A stretch of DNA of 63,962 nucleotides, the filler included, from Syncephalis fuscata S228 (taxonomy: Eukaryota > Fungi > Zoopagomycota): assembly GCA_025786725.1 (NCBI GenBank). It is 4 parts of 4 records of this genome, joined end to end, with 100 filler letters (N's around TTAATTAATTAA, not from the genome) between each part and the next. Parts side by side here need not be neighbours in the genome. Positions count along the whole stretch, not along the records: positions 29,192 to 43,394 come from JAHLTZ010000235.1; positions 43,495 to 61,554 come from JAHLTZ010000187.1; 2 more parts are not named here. One strand, 5' to 3'. The position numbers and the translations under genes are program-made. Shown piece after piece: positions 32,858 to 46,680 of this stretch. Within the stretch, counting starts at the first letter, position 1; every line of letters starts with the position of its first letter. The notes below the pieces were generated by a model that saw nothing but the letters and a program-made list of their open reading frames with translations, was not told where the DNA came from and made no database searches.

Positions 32858-33967
32858 ATGTCTTCTTTCAATATCGTTAAGCGCCAGCTTGGCCAAAATG
32901 GCCCAATATTACCAGCTATCGGTCTAGGATGTATGGGCATGTCGCCCGGTATCTACGGAAACAACACTGCATTGGCCAATGTATCATTAGCAGATTTACC
33001 AGTCGACGTGAACGACGAAACCACTGCATCGGCTCTGGCCACGCTTACTCGCGCATTTGAAGCTGGATGTACCTTTTGGGATACGGCCGTGAGTAATATA
33101 ACTTATATACGTCACAATGGTACTGATTATCTACACTAGAATGCATATGGTTCTGGTCATAACGAAAAATTGATTTCACATGTGTTAAAAAAGCATCGTG
33201 ATCAAGTGTTTATTTGTACAAAATTTGCTATTCGTATGTATCCTGATGGCCGCCGTGCTGTATGTGCCGAACCAAGCTATATCCGCCAGTGCTGTGAAGA
33301 AAGTCTTGCTCGTCTTGGTGTGGACTGCATTGATTTGTATTACCAGCACCGTGTTGACCCCAATGTGCCAATTGAAACGTCGGTTGGTGCTATGGCCGAG
33401 CTTGTACGTGAAGGCAAGGTGAAGTACATTGGCCTGTCAGAATGCTCGGCCGAAACGCTACGTCGTGCCCATAAGGTTCATCCCATTGCAGCCGTGCAAG
33501 TCGAATATAGCCCATGGACTCGTGACATTGAAACAAATGGACTACTTGATGCCTGTAAAGAGCTCAATATAGCACTAGTTGCATACTCACCACTTGGCCG
33601 GGGCTTCTTGACCGGCAATATTCGTACGGTAGATGATCTGCCAGCAGGCGACTGGCGTCGCCAAAATCCTCGTTTCCAAGAAGAGGCATTGGCTAAGAAC
33701 TTGGCACTCGTTGATGCATTCCGTCGCATTGGTGAGAAGAAAGGATGCACTGCCGGTCAGCTATGTTTAGCATGGGTGCTAAAACAATGGGATGGCATCT
33801 TTGTTATTCCTGGCACTAAGCGTGTCAAGTATCTGGAAGAAAATCTTGGTGCCAACAACGTTGTAATAACTGATGAAGATGACAAGGAGCTGCGTGAATA
33901 TATTGAAGACATTGGTGTTTTAGGTGATCGCTACGATGCTAATGGTATGTCCTCAGTTAATCTTTAA
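32858..33967 (+). CDS. Aldo-keto reductase (YakC/AKR13-like), two exons
   Basis: Same motifs (WDTA|NAYG, TKF, YQHR, GLSE, YSPLGRG, IPGTK). Intron at 33089-33139. Confidence 0.95.
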
Positions 33968-35096
33968 AAATATTGCGCTGCGGCCTTATGCAATATAAAT
34001 AAACAGCTTTGTCGTTATAATCATAATGCCTAAATATGAAGCATCAATAGCATTAAATCTGATACTAATAAACAACATTAACAATGATAACAATAACCAT
34101 TTTAACAATGATTGCGTTGACACTATTTTGTGTATGATTAATAGCTATTTATTTAATTACAGATCACCTTTTTACTCATCATGATATTTTGACTAGTGAT
34201 TTTGCTTTTTGAATTTCATCGCATAATGTACCTTTTGACTAATTTACCAAAACATTGCTTAATGATAAAATATAGCTAAACTCACGGAATTAATTGAATT
34301 TTGAAGCACGGAAATATGTGTTTGCATTTACTTAAAAGTGACGTTTGAAGTAACAAGTATGATAGCTGATTATATATTTTTAAACTTTTGCTAGTGAATA
34401 ATTGTTTTAACGCGGTATACAAAAGTAACTAAAATATATTAATAATTAAAATAGTTTTTGAATGCTTATAGCACATATGTTGCAACATCCTTGTATGTAT
34501 TACACAAACAAAGGATGCAATAAAACAAAAACTTAAAGGGATACTAAAATAATAAAACGTTTTGATTGTCGCATAATATATTTAAATAAATGTACTCAGT
34601 ACACACAGATTAGTAATGCTAATTGATGGCACATAAATATCACAATGCATTCTGCATTGAATGAATGGGTTATGTACAAATGGTTTGTTTATAATAATTT
34701 AAACAAAGCAGTGGTTGTTTTATTTTAGAGCATCTATATAGGTACACAATGTCCATTGTGTTATTGGTTTTAAAACACTAGTGCAGGTTAATGCACAAGT
34801 AACGTTGTTTGTGTATCATATTATTTTAATTCATTGTCACAAAATTCTACTTTCTTTAGTGCTACATTTATAACAACGTTCAGCTAATTACCAACTGTAT
34901 ATAAAAGAACCAAATTTACACTTATGGCGCTGTCAACTCATTATCTTAACATCAATCTTTAGAACCATTCTCAATATCTTTTGCGCTACAGGAACACTTA
35001 TCACAGCCGGTCTGGTAAGCCATTTTACAAATGATAGTACTAAATTAAATATCATGTTGCTGTTTATTATAGTTTAAGTTTTTAGAACATTTTATT

Positions 35097-35597
35097 ATGA
35101 AGACATACATTCTCATTGCCACGTTCGCCCTTCTGGCCACCAACAGCCACAAGACTGAATCGCTTGCCCTGTTCAAGGCACGACTAGACCCAATAAGAAT
35201 GCTTTGTGATGTCAACGAGTACCGTGCTAAAAATGGCAGGAAGCCGCTAGGACTAGATGCCGATCTGAGCCGTTCAGCTACAAGACATAGCCAAATACAA
35301 GCTCAGCAAAACAAAATGAGTCACCACCTTCCTGGAGAACCTGACCTTGGTGGACGCATTAAAGCTTTAAAAGGAAGCTGGCTGGCATCAGCAGAGAATG
35401 TACATCAGGTAAAGGGCACTCAGCAAAAGGCCATGGAGGACTGGATTAAGTCTGATGGACACCGTAGAAATTTGCTTTCCAACGCTTACACACATGCCGG
35501 ATTTGGTATGGTAGTCAGCAAGCAAGGTACACCATATTGGACTCAAGTGTTCAGCAACGATCCTAAAAAGAAACAGATTATTCCAAAGTGCAAATAA
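35097..35597 (+). CDS. Secreted CAP/SCP-domain protein (YkwD-like)
   Basis: Signal-like MKTYILIATFALLA; VNEYRAKNGRKPL, A..HS, ENV, WIKSDGHRRNLLSNAYTHAGFG, YWTQVF. Probable 5'-UTR intron at ~35014-35072. Confidence 0.9.
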   Translation: MKTYILIATFALLATNSHKTESLALFKARLDPIRMLCDVNEYRAKNGRKPLGLDADLSRSATRHSQIQAQQNKMSHHLPGEPDLGGRIKALKGSWLASAENVHQVKGTQQKAMEDWIKSDGHRRNLLSNAYTHAGFGMVVSKQGTPYWTQVFSNDPKKKQIIPKCK

Positions 35598-37558
35598 GCC
35601 ATTAGAAAGCATTCGAATAAAGTGACTTTGACAACGTATATGTTTATTGTAATTCTTATTCATGGCTGTTCTACAAATGAACTTGTAAAATCATGCAATA
35701 CAATAGCCATAAATAGTTATTTCTAGTATACATTATTGTATTTAATATTTACAGTAGAATCATTGTCCTTAAAACAAGCTAATAGTATAATTACTTTATC
35801 AACAACGACACCATTAACAATGATTTGTGTAGGATAACATTATAACGATCATTGTCCTTCAATCGTCAGATTTTACAGTAACACAAACGTGAATTTACTG
35901 CATGCATCAACCATAGCTATATTTGGTTTGTCAATTAACTCACCCGCATTGCTTGCACAAATACCCAAGTAAGCTAGTAGCCTGATATGAATTGATTGCG
36001 CTGGAAACGTACTCAAAACGAGATTAGGTATAAAATACCGCAAACCAGTTTTCCATGTGATTATTTACTCCATAGTGAACGTGGGTGTAGTTGCATGTGG
36101 TCTTCGCCAACATATTCAAAACTGCAGGACGCTATACAACCAATTTTCATCGGTCACGCTCGCTGTATTCACGTTGTCGCACACGCGCTTTCTCTTTTTC
36201 TCTCTTTCCTCCAAGGATACACAAAAAACCGAGACTGGCAATTGGCCAACATCCTTGGATCCGGTGACATCTGCATTACAATAAACTGGTCAACAACACT
36301 GGCATTGCAATTCTTTCCTATTTTCAACACTTTACTCTCCTTCTTCTCCATAAGAACGAAGCGCCACAAGCCCATTAGCGCTACCGTTAAAGTGTCGTGC
36401 TGTACACGAACCCCACACAAACACTTTCCGTATTCATTTCGTTGATTATTCGTTTCTGCGTTCCTTTTTCCTTTTTCCTCTAAGCCAACTAACATTATTT
36501 CCCTAATACGTTTGCTAATATTTTGCCACTCAGGTTTATTAATTACTGTTTAGCAGTATTGATGCAATTGTTCCCGTTCCATTTGCTTTTCTTTATTTAC
36601 TTCAGCCGCGATACATACGTATTACCTTACTATCAACTCCGCCCAACTCCGCATCTCTGATTAAATATCATTTTCACTTCGCACTTGTTTATTAACAACA
36701 AAACAAAACCGTGTAAATCTTTGTATTTTACCATACCACCTTTGTCGCCGTTATTGGTATTACTGCCATCCGTATCGTCAACACTATTGTGATTCAACAG
36801 TACACTGCATATCTTGGCTATCTATTTATAGCAAAACACCACACTACTCCTCGTGTGTCAGTGGCTCACGCCTATTAAAAGACGAGAGGATTAGTAATTT
36901 GTGGTAGAATAATATCGTCTCGTTGTGCTCTTGGCGCCTTTGGAGCATTTGCACGCGAAACCTTGACTGGATTCAAGTATAATTTTACATTATTTAGCGT
37001 GCTTAACTTTTAAGTATCTCCAGCCTCCTTTGGTTTGCCCTTGGCCTTCGGCGCTATCTTTTTCCATCACATCCAACTATCATCCGCTTCTGACGTATTA
37101 GCATCGTCACCTATCCTATAAGCCTTCCTTCCTTGCCACTTCCATTCTTTTTTACTGCTGTGATACCTTTCAGTTCCCGTTTAGTTTATCCGTATACTTA
37201 TTTACTCCCTCATTCGCTCGCTCGCTCACTCTATATATATCCATCTATTCATCTTTCTCTCCCTTGTTACTTTTGACGTCACCCCTCACAAATCCATCAC
37301 GTGGAGTTGCACTTCCAATTGGTATTGTTGTTATAGCTACAATTATAACTTTTGTCTGCACCTCGCTTATACGTTTCACCGAGTGAACGTGCGCTGTAAA
37401 AACGCAGCAACCTTACTGTCATTATTCTGTCATCATATCCACAGTGTAGCCAGCTTCTTTTGGGCAATCCACTATATTAGTTTGTGTTTATTCATTTGTT
37501 CCATATTACTATATTTGTATACTCCGTCTCATTTCTGCTAAAAATTTATTTGGGCACG

Positions 37559-39441
37559 ATGGCACCACTTTCGGGCACGCTTTCAGCTGCTCGTCTTTTT
37601 TCTACGCGTTCGCGTCGTCGCAGTCGAGCAAATATCAACTCGACCGACAATAACAATATCACCTCTGCCCCTTCAACCCCTCTCATGCCCACACGCACCA
37701 TAGGCAGCACCGAGTCGTTGCCACCGCTAACTACATCGTCATCCTTTGTCCCCACCGGTGAAACGATGCAGCGCGCGGGCCGGTCTATTTCTGAGGGAAG
37801 GTTCCGGCTTCCCATTTCCCTATTTGGTAGCAGCAGTAAAGGCTCGCACCAAAGACAAATCAGTCGCGATTCTGGTAATTTATCTGCTAGCTCCTACCTT
37901 TCAATGTCGGCATCAAGCAGTCATAGTAAAGGACAATCGTCGGCCCGTAAAAACAAATCCGGATTTGTCCTTGAAGCTGATACTGGCCTGACTGCCACAA
38001 CTCTTATTAATGTCGAGCAGCAATGTGCACTTTACGATCGACCAAAAAATCAATCGTCGACCATTATTGCCGACATCGACAAGTCTGAATACGCTTCTTC
38101 CTTCAAAATGATGACCAGCCATACCTTGCCAATGCCTCTTTCAGCCCATCGTGAAAGCTTACCCTCTATCGAGCTGTATGACTACAGCCAGAAAACCAAG
38201 CCGATTAAAACTAGTCTACGGATCAATAATCGGCCGGCACCTATCGCCATTCCTGCAAAATCATCCACTAGTTCCGATGCTATGGATAGTGCTGTTTTTA
38301 GCGCTAATACCGCTAAGGAAAGCGGTTTTCCTGCGCATTTGACCTATTCGCCACATTTTCAGCATCGTCGTGGATCTGATTCATTTTTATTTGATATGCC
38401 CTTGCGGGCCGGCCCTAGCGGCTATCCGTGGAATAGCAACACACCTCAGCCGGAGGCTGCAATGATGTCGCGCGATCCGCGTCGTCACGGAAGTGAACGG
38501 CCTTATCTTAGTAAGAGCCGTGTCACCATTGATACTCAACCACTTGGCAGCGCTAGTGCAACCAATAGTGCGCCACTCCAGCAACGTCATTCAGTTGTTG
38601 CTGTAGCTGGACGTTTTGCTACTCCAGCCGTCCCTGCCTTGCTTGCTGCCTATGATTCGACAGCCAACCCAACTGACATGTGTCAGAATAACGACACATT
38701 GTTGCCACCTACCTCACCTGATATTTTGGGCACTTCGCCGCCAGGTGTACACGCATGGCGACGTCGTCGTTCTTTAACACCAGGCCCGATCAACACTCAC
38801 ATTAGCCCATCGGTATCAAACACGGCACCATTATCGTCGCAGTATCCTTCATCGGCAAATAAAATGCACGGAAATGATTCTACAAATCAGATCCGGCCTC
38901 GTTTAGAGCTTGGGAGGCACGTCGTGAATTACGTGCCATGGGAGGTCTTGATGAACTGCTTGCTCAGCCAGACGCAACGGTAAAGTGCACACTTACTCCA
39001 GTTGTGTGCCGTGATCCATACCGTATATCGCCGCTAAACTTGCGTGTCGAAGAAGAAGAAGAAGAGGACGAGGAGGAAAATGGCGACAACGACGAAGGAG
39101 TAGAAGGAGAAGGCATCTTTTTTGTTGACGGTGAAGATGCACTGCCTATGAAGCCCATCACTAGCTCTACAGGGTTACCGTGGAGCCATAGCTGGGAACA
39201 TCGGCATAAAAATAATAGTTGGACTCATGGCCAACAAGATGGTGCAATTTCACGTAGCTATTCGGCGATCCCTCGTGCCATCACTATGGAAAAGTCGGCT
39301 ACTCTACCCCGTGCTGCAACATCTAATAGTTTACTTTGTGAAGAAGATGAATTAAGCAGCTTTAATGCACTTTTACAAATTTCTTTAAAACCAACCAATA
39401 TTCTTACTAATAATATCAGTATTAATAATAACGGGCTATAA
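37559..39441 (+). CDS. Ser/Pro/Thr-rich, probably disordered hypothetical protein
   Basis: Long GC-richer ORF (MAPLSGTLSA...) to 38983 that continues in another frame (LDELLAQPDATVKCTLTP, acidic run) to 39441. Probable indel near 38940. Confidence 0.65.
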
Positions 39442-40866
39442 TCAACCAACAACTAATAATATAGTTCTAATAGGTTTGATTTATGTCATTAATATTTTTT
39501 AATAATGCGCGTAGCCATTGCCTTTGTGGCTTTGCGCAACAGCCATTAGCATCACATTTTTACCAATATTTGCGCACTTTATGCTTGATTCACTTTCACC
39601 AAACATTTGATAATGATTTTTATAGCTTTGCTTTTTTGCTGATTATCTTAAAATTAGCAACTTGAAACACTTATTTGTTTGTTATTTATGGTTAATTTTA
39701 TTATTACACAATTTAAATACTAGTTTATATAAAATAATTAATAAAATAATAGTTATTTTTATATTATAAACTATTATTAAAGCAATCATTACCATAGCTG
39801 CTACCACAGTTGTTAGTTAAAATACGTAGTACTGCTTCATTGATTACTGATAGGTTCCGTAATTACACTTGTTTTTAAAGTAAATTTAGTAAATTTACTT
39901 AATCTTTTAATATACTCGCTATTATACTGAATTTATGTTCTATGATAATGAGTAGTTTGGTGTCAAATGACTTTTATTCTTGATGCACTATTGCTTCACT
40001 TGTTGTTCTATGATGTATCGACATGTTGGGTAGATTGACTTTTATTATTTACACTCCATTTATTAATCAATTAAACTCGGCTGTTTATAAATATTGACTG
40101 ACAGGCTCACATCTTACAATCTACGTCATCACATTTCCCTTTCTCTTTCTTCACACTTGATAGCATATACCCATTGCATATTTGTACACTCTATATATAC
40201 TATATAGATAGTGCCATTAGTTGGCTGACTAATAGTCAAGTACAAACATTATTTACATTACTCTCTTGCATTGTTTTTGTAATTACCTTATTTACTCTGA
40301 TCATCAGTATTAACAGTTTTTTTGGCAAGATAAGTGTATCTTTGACTTGCTTTTACTACAGATTGCAATTGCAAGCCATCTAATAAAAGTATGTGCAATC
40401 TCAACAGTAGTGGTACAGTCTGTTACTACTGAGACTGTACAAACTATTGTTAGTACGATCTGCAGTGACAATCTATGGCAAACCAAAGCATACAACAGAT
40501 TTGAAAATATATAGATTATATGTTGTATTACAAATAATAACAATTTAAAAAGTTACATTATATGCTATATGCTAATATATGTGTTAATAAATAAATATAT
40601 ATATAATTGTAATAAATGGTGAATGGTATTAAATTGATAGTTATTGCGATTTCTGTTACTAGAGTTATAATTGATTGATAGCTAATGATGTTGATAATAA
40701 TGTTGATTCATATTACTGTTACTATTGTAAAGTATTCAAAGTATCATATTTGATGGCTGACGTCATTCATCACTTAGTTCCATGTTTAATAGAGCAAACG
40801 TTCAGTTTAATAAATAAAAAATTATTAAATGTAATCATTTGATCAACAAAAATAATTGTTTATTTA

Positions 40867-41866
40867 CTAGCTACGATGTTTGGCAAATGTTTCTTGGATA
40901 CTATGACCCGTTTGAAGATCGTTCATGCAAAGCTCGTCGATTTTGGATAAACGTTCACACAATGGAAGAATATCGGCAATCCATTCGGGACATATGCGAA
41001 TGACGCCATTGTTATCGGCCATAATAATATCATCGGGTCGAATACGGATAGCCGGCGAGTGGGTGCCTTGACAAATGTCTATGGGCTCACCTACACAATA
41101 AATATTAATACCAAATTACAGCCAATAAAGTATTTTATGCCTACCAACGGCCGATGGTCGTGTGTAATTGCGAGCACCGTAACATGATGTGCCGCGAGCA
41201 TACACCTATTTGTAGCATAAAGGTAAATACACCATGGCATAGCCAATTACTAGAGTACTTACGGGAAATCCCATAGCACGGCTCTCTTCAACATCTCGAC
41301 AGCACCCGTCGATAATAACTCCTTGGACACCTAGATATTTGGCACGCGTGCTCATTAGACCGCCCCAGACCGCGTTAATAGATCCTGTTCAACATGACAT
41401 TGGTTCAATGATGTCATGTTCTACAATGATATTATACCTGCAGGTGTACTCATAACAATAATGCTTCCAGCATTTGCCGAGTCGACCTACATGTGGTCAA
41501 GATAGGTCAGGTACAAATGACATAGAATTGCAATTACTTACAAAGTGTCGGACCGGTACCGGTGCCTCCTTATCCTCTGTAGAAACATGCTAAATACTAC
41601 GGTAAGTATTGCTCTCTCTATATACGTTGTAACATAATACCTGCCTTTACTGTATGAGCTGGCCCAATAATAGCTGATGCATTATTAGTAGAGGTGTGGA
41701 ATTGAAGACCAGGTAGGAATCCATCGTATCCAAGTGCTTGCAGCGCATCGGCTACCTATTATATATATACGTGTATATATTGTATAAAAGTGTTTATTTT
41801 AGTTAAAAGGTATAAACATACGTCGCATGTAGAAAAATTGAGAAGTTGTTGGTAATCTTGGCTCAT
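40867..41866 (-). CDS. RraA-family protein / 4-hydroxy-4-methyl-2-oxoglutarate (HMG) aldolase-like, 7 exons (missed by ORF track)
   Basis: Spliced by hand: MSQDYQQLLNFSTCD|VADALQALG...IIGPAHTVK|HVSTED...HF|VDSANAGSIIVMSTPA|GSINAVWGGLMSTRAKYLGVQGVIIDGCCRDVEE...FP|VYARG...|...IRPDDIIMADNNGVIRI...ETFAKHRS*. Confidence 0.9.
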
Positions 41867-42453
41867 TGTTCAAAAAGACAACAACAAGTGACAGTAGGTA
41901 GTGGCAGGAAAACAAATTGAATATGTAAGCTGAATATAGAGTATTGATAGCAATAGAATGGTATGTGTAAAACCATAAAACTCCTGAGGGGTAAAATGGG
42001 AGACTTTTATTCGTAGTTAATTACACAGCTTAGCATTTTAGTAATTAAAAATAAAACGTGTAATAGTGTGCAGCTATCTAAGAATGTTTAATAATAATAG
42101 AATATCAATATTATTGGTGGGTTTAAAGTTAAAATAACAATATAGCTATTTATTATGTTTGTTGCATGCTGTATTGTCGATTTATATATCCATAGACAGC
42201 TATAACAAAGAGTTAAAAATAAAAGAATATTGTTAAAGTATGTAAAAAGACTTGTCAATTATGTTGGCATTAGTCATGTGTATTTACAGTAAAACTGTAG
42301 CTGCATCATAACAATCCTATCTAAAGGCGTGGTATAAATTATTATTATTATAACATAATAATAAACAAACCTTATTTGTCCACCAAAAAGAAATAACCAT
42401 GTCTGTACTCGATGAAACAAAGCCATATGTGCATGTTTCTGGTGTAAAACCAC

Positions 42454-43394
42454 TTGTCAAAGCCGCCTAGCCCACATCAAGCGACCAAAGTATCTAAACT
42501 TCATGCTTCAAACAGCTTTGGAGCTGGTATTAAAATAGGCATTATAGATGGTGGTGTCGATTATACCCATTCTGCTCTTGGTGGCCACTTTAGTCCTGGC
42601 CATAAAGTTGCATTTGGTTATAATTTTGTTGGTAATGACTTTACTGGCTTTAATAATCCGGTACCAAGCGATGATCCCATTGATACTTGCAATGGTCAAG
42701 GTACTCGAGTTGCCGGTATTATTGCCGGTAAACAGAACCCATTCTATGGTGTTGCACCTGATGCAACATTGGGTGCATACCGTGTATCTGGATGTGTCGG
42801 TACTACAGCTATTGGAGATTATTGTTATGCCAACTCATGCTAGAGCCGGTCCAGCTATGAATGACATAGTAACAATAGTTGAAGAAATGATTAGTCTCGG
42901 TGTAGTAATTGTAATGTCAGTTGCTAGTGGCAATCAGTACAAAAATATGGTGGACATTTCTTCGCCAATTCGATCCTATGTGTTGCTAGTTGGTGGTATT
43001 GTCATGCCATTCAATATGCCTTACTGGTTTTCACTAAAAAGCATCTATGACGTGCCAATTCCTTATAAAACCAATTGCCATAATATAAATCATAAATTGG
43101 ATTTGATAAACGCCGCTCCTGCTATTGGTAAACTATCAAGCGATGCCAGATGTCGACTTATTGGGGATGTCAAAGAAAATAATGCTTTTATGAGGTTTAA
43201 CAATTGTTTTCCTAGTCAATTACTGGCTGAAGCAAACAAACATAATGCTAAGGGCGTTATCATGGAATTAAAGGAACAATCATTACGTCAATTGTTTGTA
43301 AACTTTCTTTATTCTACGTTCAGTCATATTACTTTAATCAACTATTAAAACATCTAGAAATAACTCATCCGGTACAATTGAACTTTGAAGAAAA
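42454..43394 (+). pseudogene. Subtilisin S8 (Vpr/C5a-peptidase-like) pseudogene, truncated at the gap
   Basis: IGIIDGGVDYTHSALGG (catalytic Asp region); DTCNGQGTRVAGIIAG, where the canonical HGTHVAG has lost its His; GVAPDATLGAYRV; frameshift or deletion near 42800-42845. Confidence 0.8.
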
Positions 43395-43494
43395 NNNNNN
43401 NNNNNNNNNNNNNNNNNNNNNNNNNNNNNNNNNNNNNNTTAATTAATTAANNNNNNNNNNNNNNNNNNNNNNNNNNNNNNNNNNNNNNNNNNNN
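43395..43494. other. Artificial contig linker
   Basis: N44-TTAATTAATTAA-N44. Confidence 0.98.
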
Positions 43495-46400
43495 GTGTCA
43501 TCTCGACGTCGTTGGTTAGCATATTGTGCCTGTCTATCCTGAGCGTACGATATGTTGTCTTTTACCGCCTTTTGTATCGCTTCTAGTTGCTGTAAAAAAC
43601 TCCTCAGCTGCTGGTACTGTTATATTATCGCTATCAGCTGGCATAGTCGTTGTTATTGGATGACGTCCATATACAGAGAAGAAAGGTGTAATACCAGTAG
43701 TAGCGTTAGTACTATTGTTATAGGCAAATTCTAATGCAGGTAAGTATTTATCCCAATCATCTTGTTGTTGGCTAATAACATGACGTAACATTTCTTCGAT
43801 GGTTCTGTTGGTTCGCTCAGTCTGGCCGTCAGTCTGTGGATGATTTGCAGTTGATCTGGCTAATTTAGTACCGGTAAATTCAAATAAGGCTTCCCAGAAT
43901 CGGCTAGTAAATCGTGGGTCACGATCAGAGATTATGGATCGTGGAAGACCATGTAGACGATATACATGGTCGAAGTATAGTCGTGCGGTGTCAACAGCTG
44001 TGACAGTGTTGGTAGTAGGCACGAAGTGGGCTTGTTTACTAAAGCGGTCAACTACTACCATTAACGCATCTGCACCTTTTTCAGTGAGTGGTAGATGTGT
44101 AATAAAATCCATACTAACTGAGTCCCATGCATGTGCAGGTATTTCAAGTGGTTGTAATAAGCCACCTGGTCGTCGATTAGTGGCCTTATTACGTTGGCAA
44201 GTATCGCAGGAAGTGACATAGCGGTGGACGGTGTTGTGTAGTGATGGCCAGTAAAAATGGCGATGAATAGCCAGGTATGTTTTATCTACACCTAGATGGC
44301 CGGCTACGATGGCATCGTGATGATCGTGTAGTATATCTTGACGTAATTGGTTATTTTTAGGTACACATAATCGATCACCGTTGAAATATAACAATCCATC
44401 AGTTAGTCGATACTTGACTAACTTGGTACGAAGAGCTGGAAGTGGCGTTGTCGTATTAAGCTGGGCGTATATTTCACCAAAGTCAACATCGTTGGCGTAC
44501 AAGTTTTTAATTTGATCAATATATGTAAAACTGACAGTAGTTAAACTGGACAGTTGTAAATCAGGCCGTCTGGATAATGAATCGGCTACAATATTGTTTT
44601 TCCCGGGCTTATATTCGATCAATACGTCATATTCTTGTAATAGTTCTGACCATCTTGCTTGTCTGGTTGATAAATTCGGTTGACTCTGGAAGTACTGCAA
44701 GGTTTTATGGTCAGTATACGCGTGAAATGACGATCCATGTAAGTAGTGGCGCCAAATCTTTAAAGCATCTATTAATGCTAATAGTTCTTGTTCATGTACC
44801 GGATAATTGCGTTCAGCGGGCTTCATTTTGCGCGAATGATAAGCAATGGGGTGCCAATGGCCATCACGATCTTGCTGCAACAAGGCAGCACCTACAGCAA
44901 AGCCAGAAGCATCGGTTTCTACACGGAAAGGCTGATGTACGTCGACTATTTGTAATACTGGAGCTTGGGTCATTGTCTTCTTTAGTATATCAAATGATTT
45001 TTGAGCTTCAATGGTCCATAAGAAACGACGATCTTGACATAGTAGATCGGTAAGTGGTGTGGCTATAGCAGAGTAATTTTTAATAAACTTTCTATAGTAG
45101 TTGGCCAAGCCTGTAAAAGCGCGTATATCAGTGACGTTTCGTGGTGTAGGCCAATCAGAAATGGCCTTTATCTTAGCTGGATCAGCTTTTACACCATTAG
45201 CACATAGCAAATGGCCTAAATATTCAACTTCATCCTTAAATAATTCACATTTTGACCATTTGGCGTATAAGTGGTTGTCGCGAAGTATTTGTAATACTTG
45301 GCGTAGGTGTCGTTCGTGGTCTTCTGGTGTTTTACTGTAGATGAGAATATCGTCCAAATAGACAATAACACATTTGTCTAGTAATGGCCTAAATAGATAG
45401 TTTACCAGTGTTTGAAAACTGGATGGTGCATTACTTTGACCAAAACTAACTACTAGCCATTCAAAGTGACCATAGCGGGTGCGAAAGGCCGTCTTGGGTA
45501 TATCCTCTTCTACTACACGTAGTTGATGATAAGCAGAGCGTAGATCTATCTTAGAAAAGACAGTTGCGCCTAACACTTGGTCGAATAAATCTTCAATCCT
45601 TGGCAATGGGTACTTGTTCTTGATAGTGATTTTATTCAGCGCTCGATAATCAACACACATGCGCATCCCACCATCTTTCTTCTTGACGAAAAGAACAGGC
45701 GCACCGTAGGGCGATATACTAGGACGAATATATCCCGCGTCAAGTAATTCGGTAAGTTGTGTTTTAAGTTCTTTAAGTTCCAGAGGGGACAATCGGTATA
45801 AGGCGTTACTGGGTGGTGTTGCGCCTGGTATCAAATCGATACGATGATCTAATCCATCACGTTTTGGCGGCAATTGTTTCGGTAGTTTGTCGGGAAATAC
45901 GTCAGCAAAGTCGTTGCGTAATCCAGTCAATACTGGAGTGATGGATGGGTCATTTGAGTGATTAGCAGCTTCATTTAGCGGATTATCGGCTGGTCGTACA
46001 ATGGCTAGGTGTAATTCATCTGTTCGTTTAGCATAGCGTTTAAATTGTAAGGCAGATAATGGCAATATGGTTGGTTGTCTATGTGCATTTGCTTGCCATA
46101 CAATGTGTCGATTATCATGCATAAACGTAACAGTGTTAATTAACCAATCTATCTGTGGATTATAGCGGGCTAGCCACGGTTTACCGAGTATTACGTCGTG
46201 TTCTAAAGGAACAACCAAAAACGATAAACGGTCTTTGTAACCAGTGGAAGTAAGGAGCGCACCAGCCAGTTGGCGGTCACACGTATACGAACGGCCATCT
46301 GCCACGTGTACGGTCGATGGGTATTTAACTTTATGGGTGTGTGCGCGAATATGTTTCACAAGATTTGCGGATACAAAGTTATCAGCTGCTCCACTATCTA

Positions 46401-46680
46401 TTAGTACCGTAACTTTTCTACCTAATAAACGAGCATTGATACGTAATAAATCGTGAGCGTGTGGATATTTTGACAATAAACTTTGTTCCTTTAAAAGTGC
46501 ATCAGTGTCATCAACAACATTAGCATGAGGAAATAATGGCGCAGAAACAAGCAATTCATCATCAGAAGTAAGCGAGAGAAGATCGGGGGTGGCATCAACA
46601 GAAATAGTATTTAGTTGGGCACCAGTAGGTTGTGATGCTGACGCTACTGGTGCTGGACTTTTCCCGTATTCAAAGGACAA
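43495..46680 (-). CDS. pol: Pol (family A copy 1), -1 frame relative to gag
   Basis: 1048-aa ORF in PR-RT-RH-IN order, typical of Gypsy. A 1-nt insertion at ~43595 relative to copy 2. Confidence 0.95.

Noticed and set aside
35996-36495. Overlapping 149/108/75-aa ORFs upstream of the Ser/Pro-rich gene
   Set aside because: Non-ATG starts, no motifs and CT-rich composition; more likely promoter or 5' UTR sequence.
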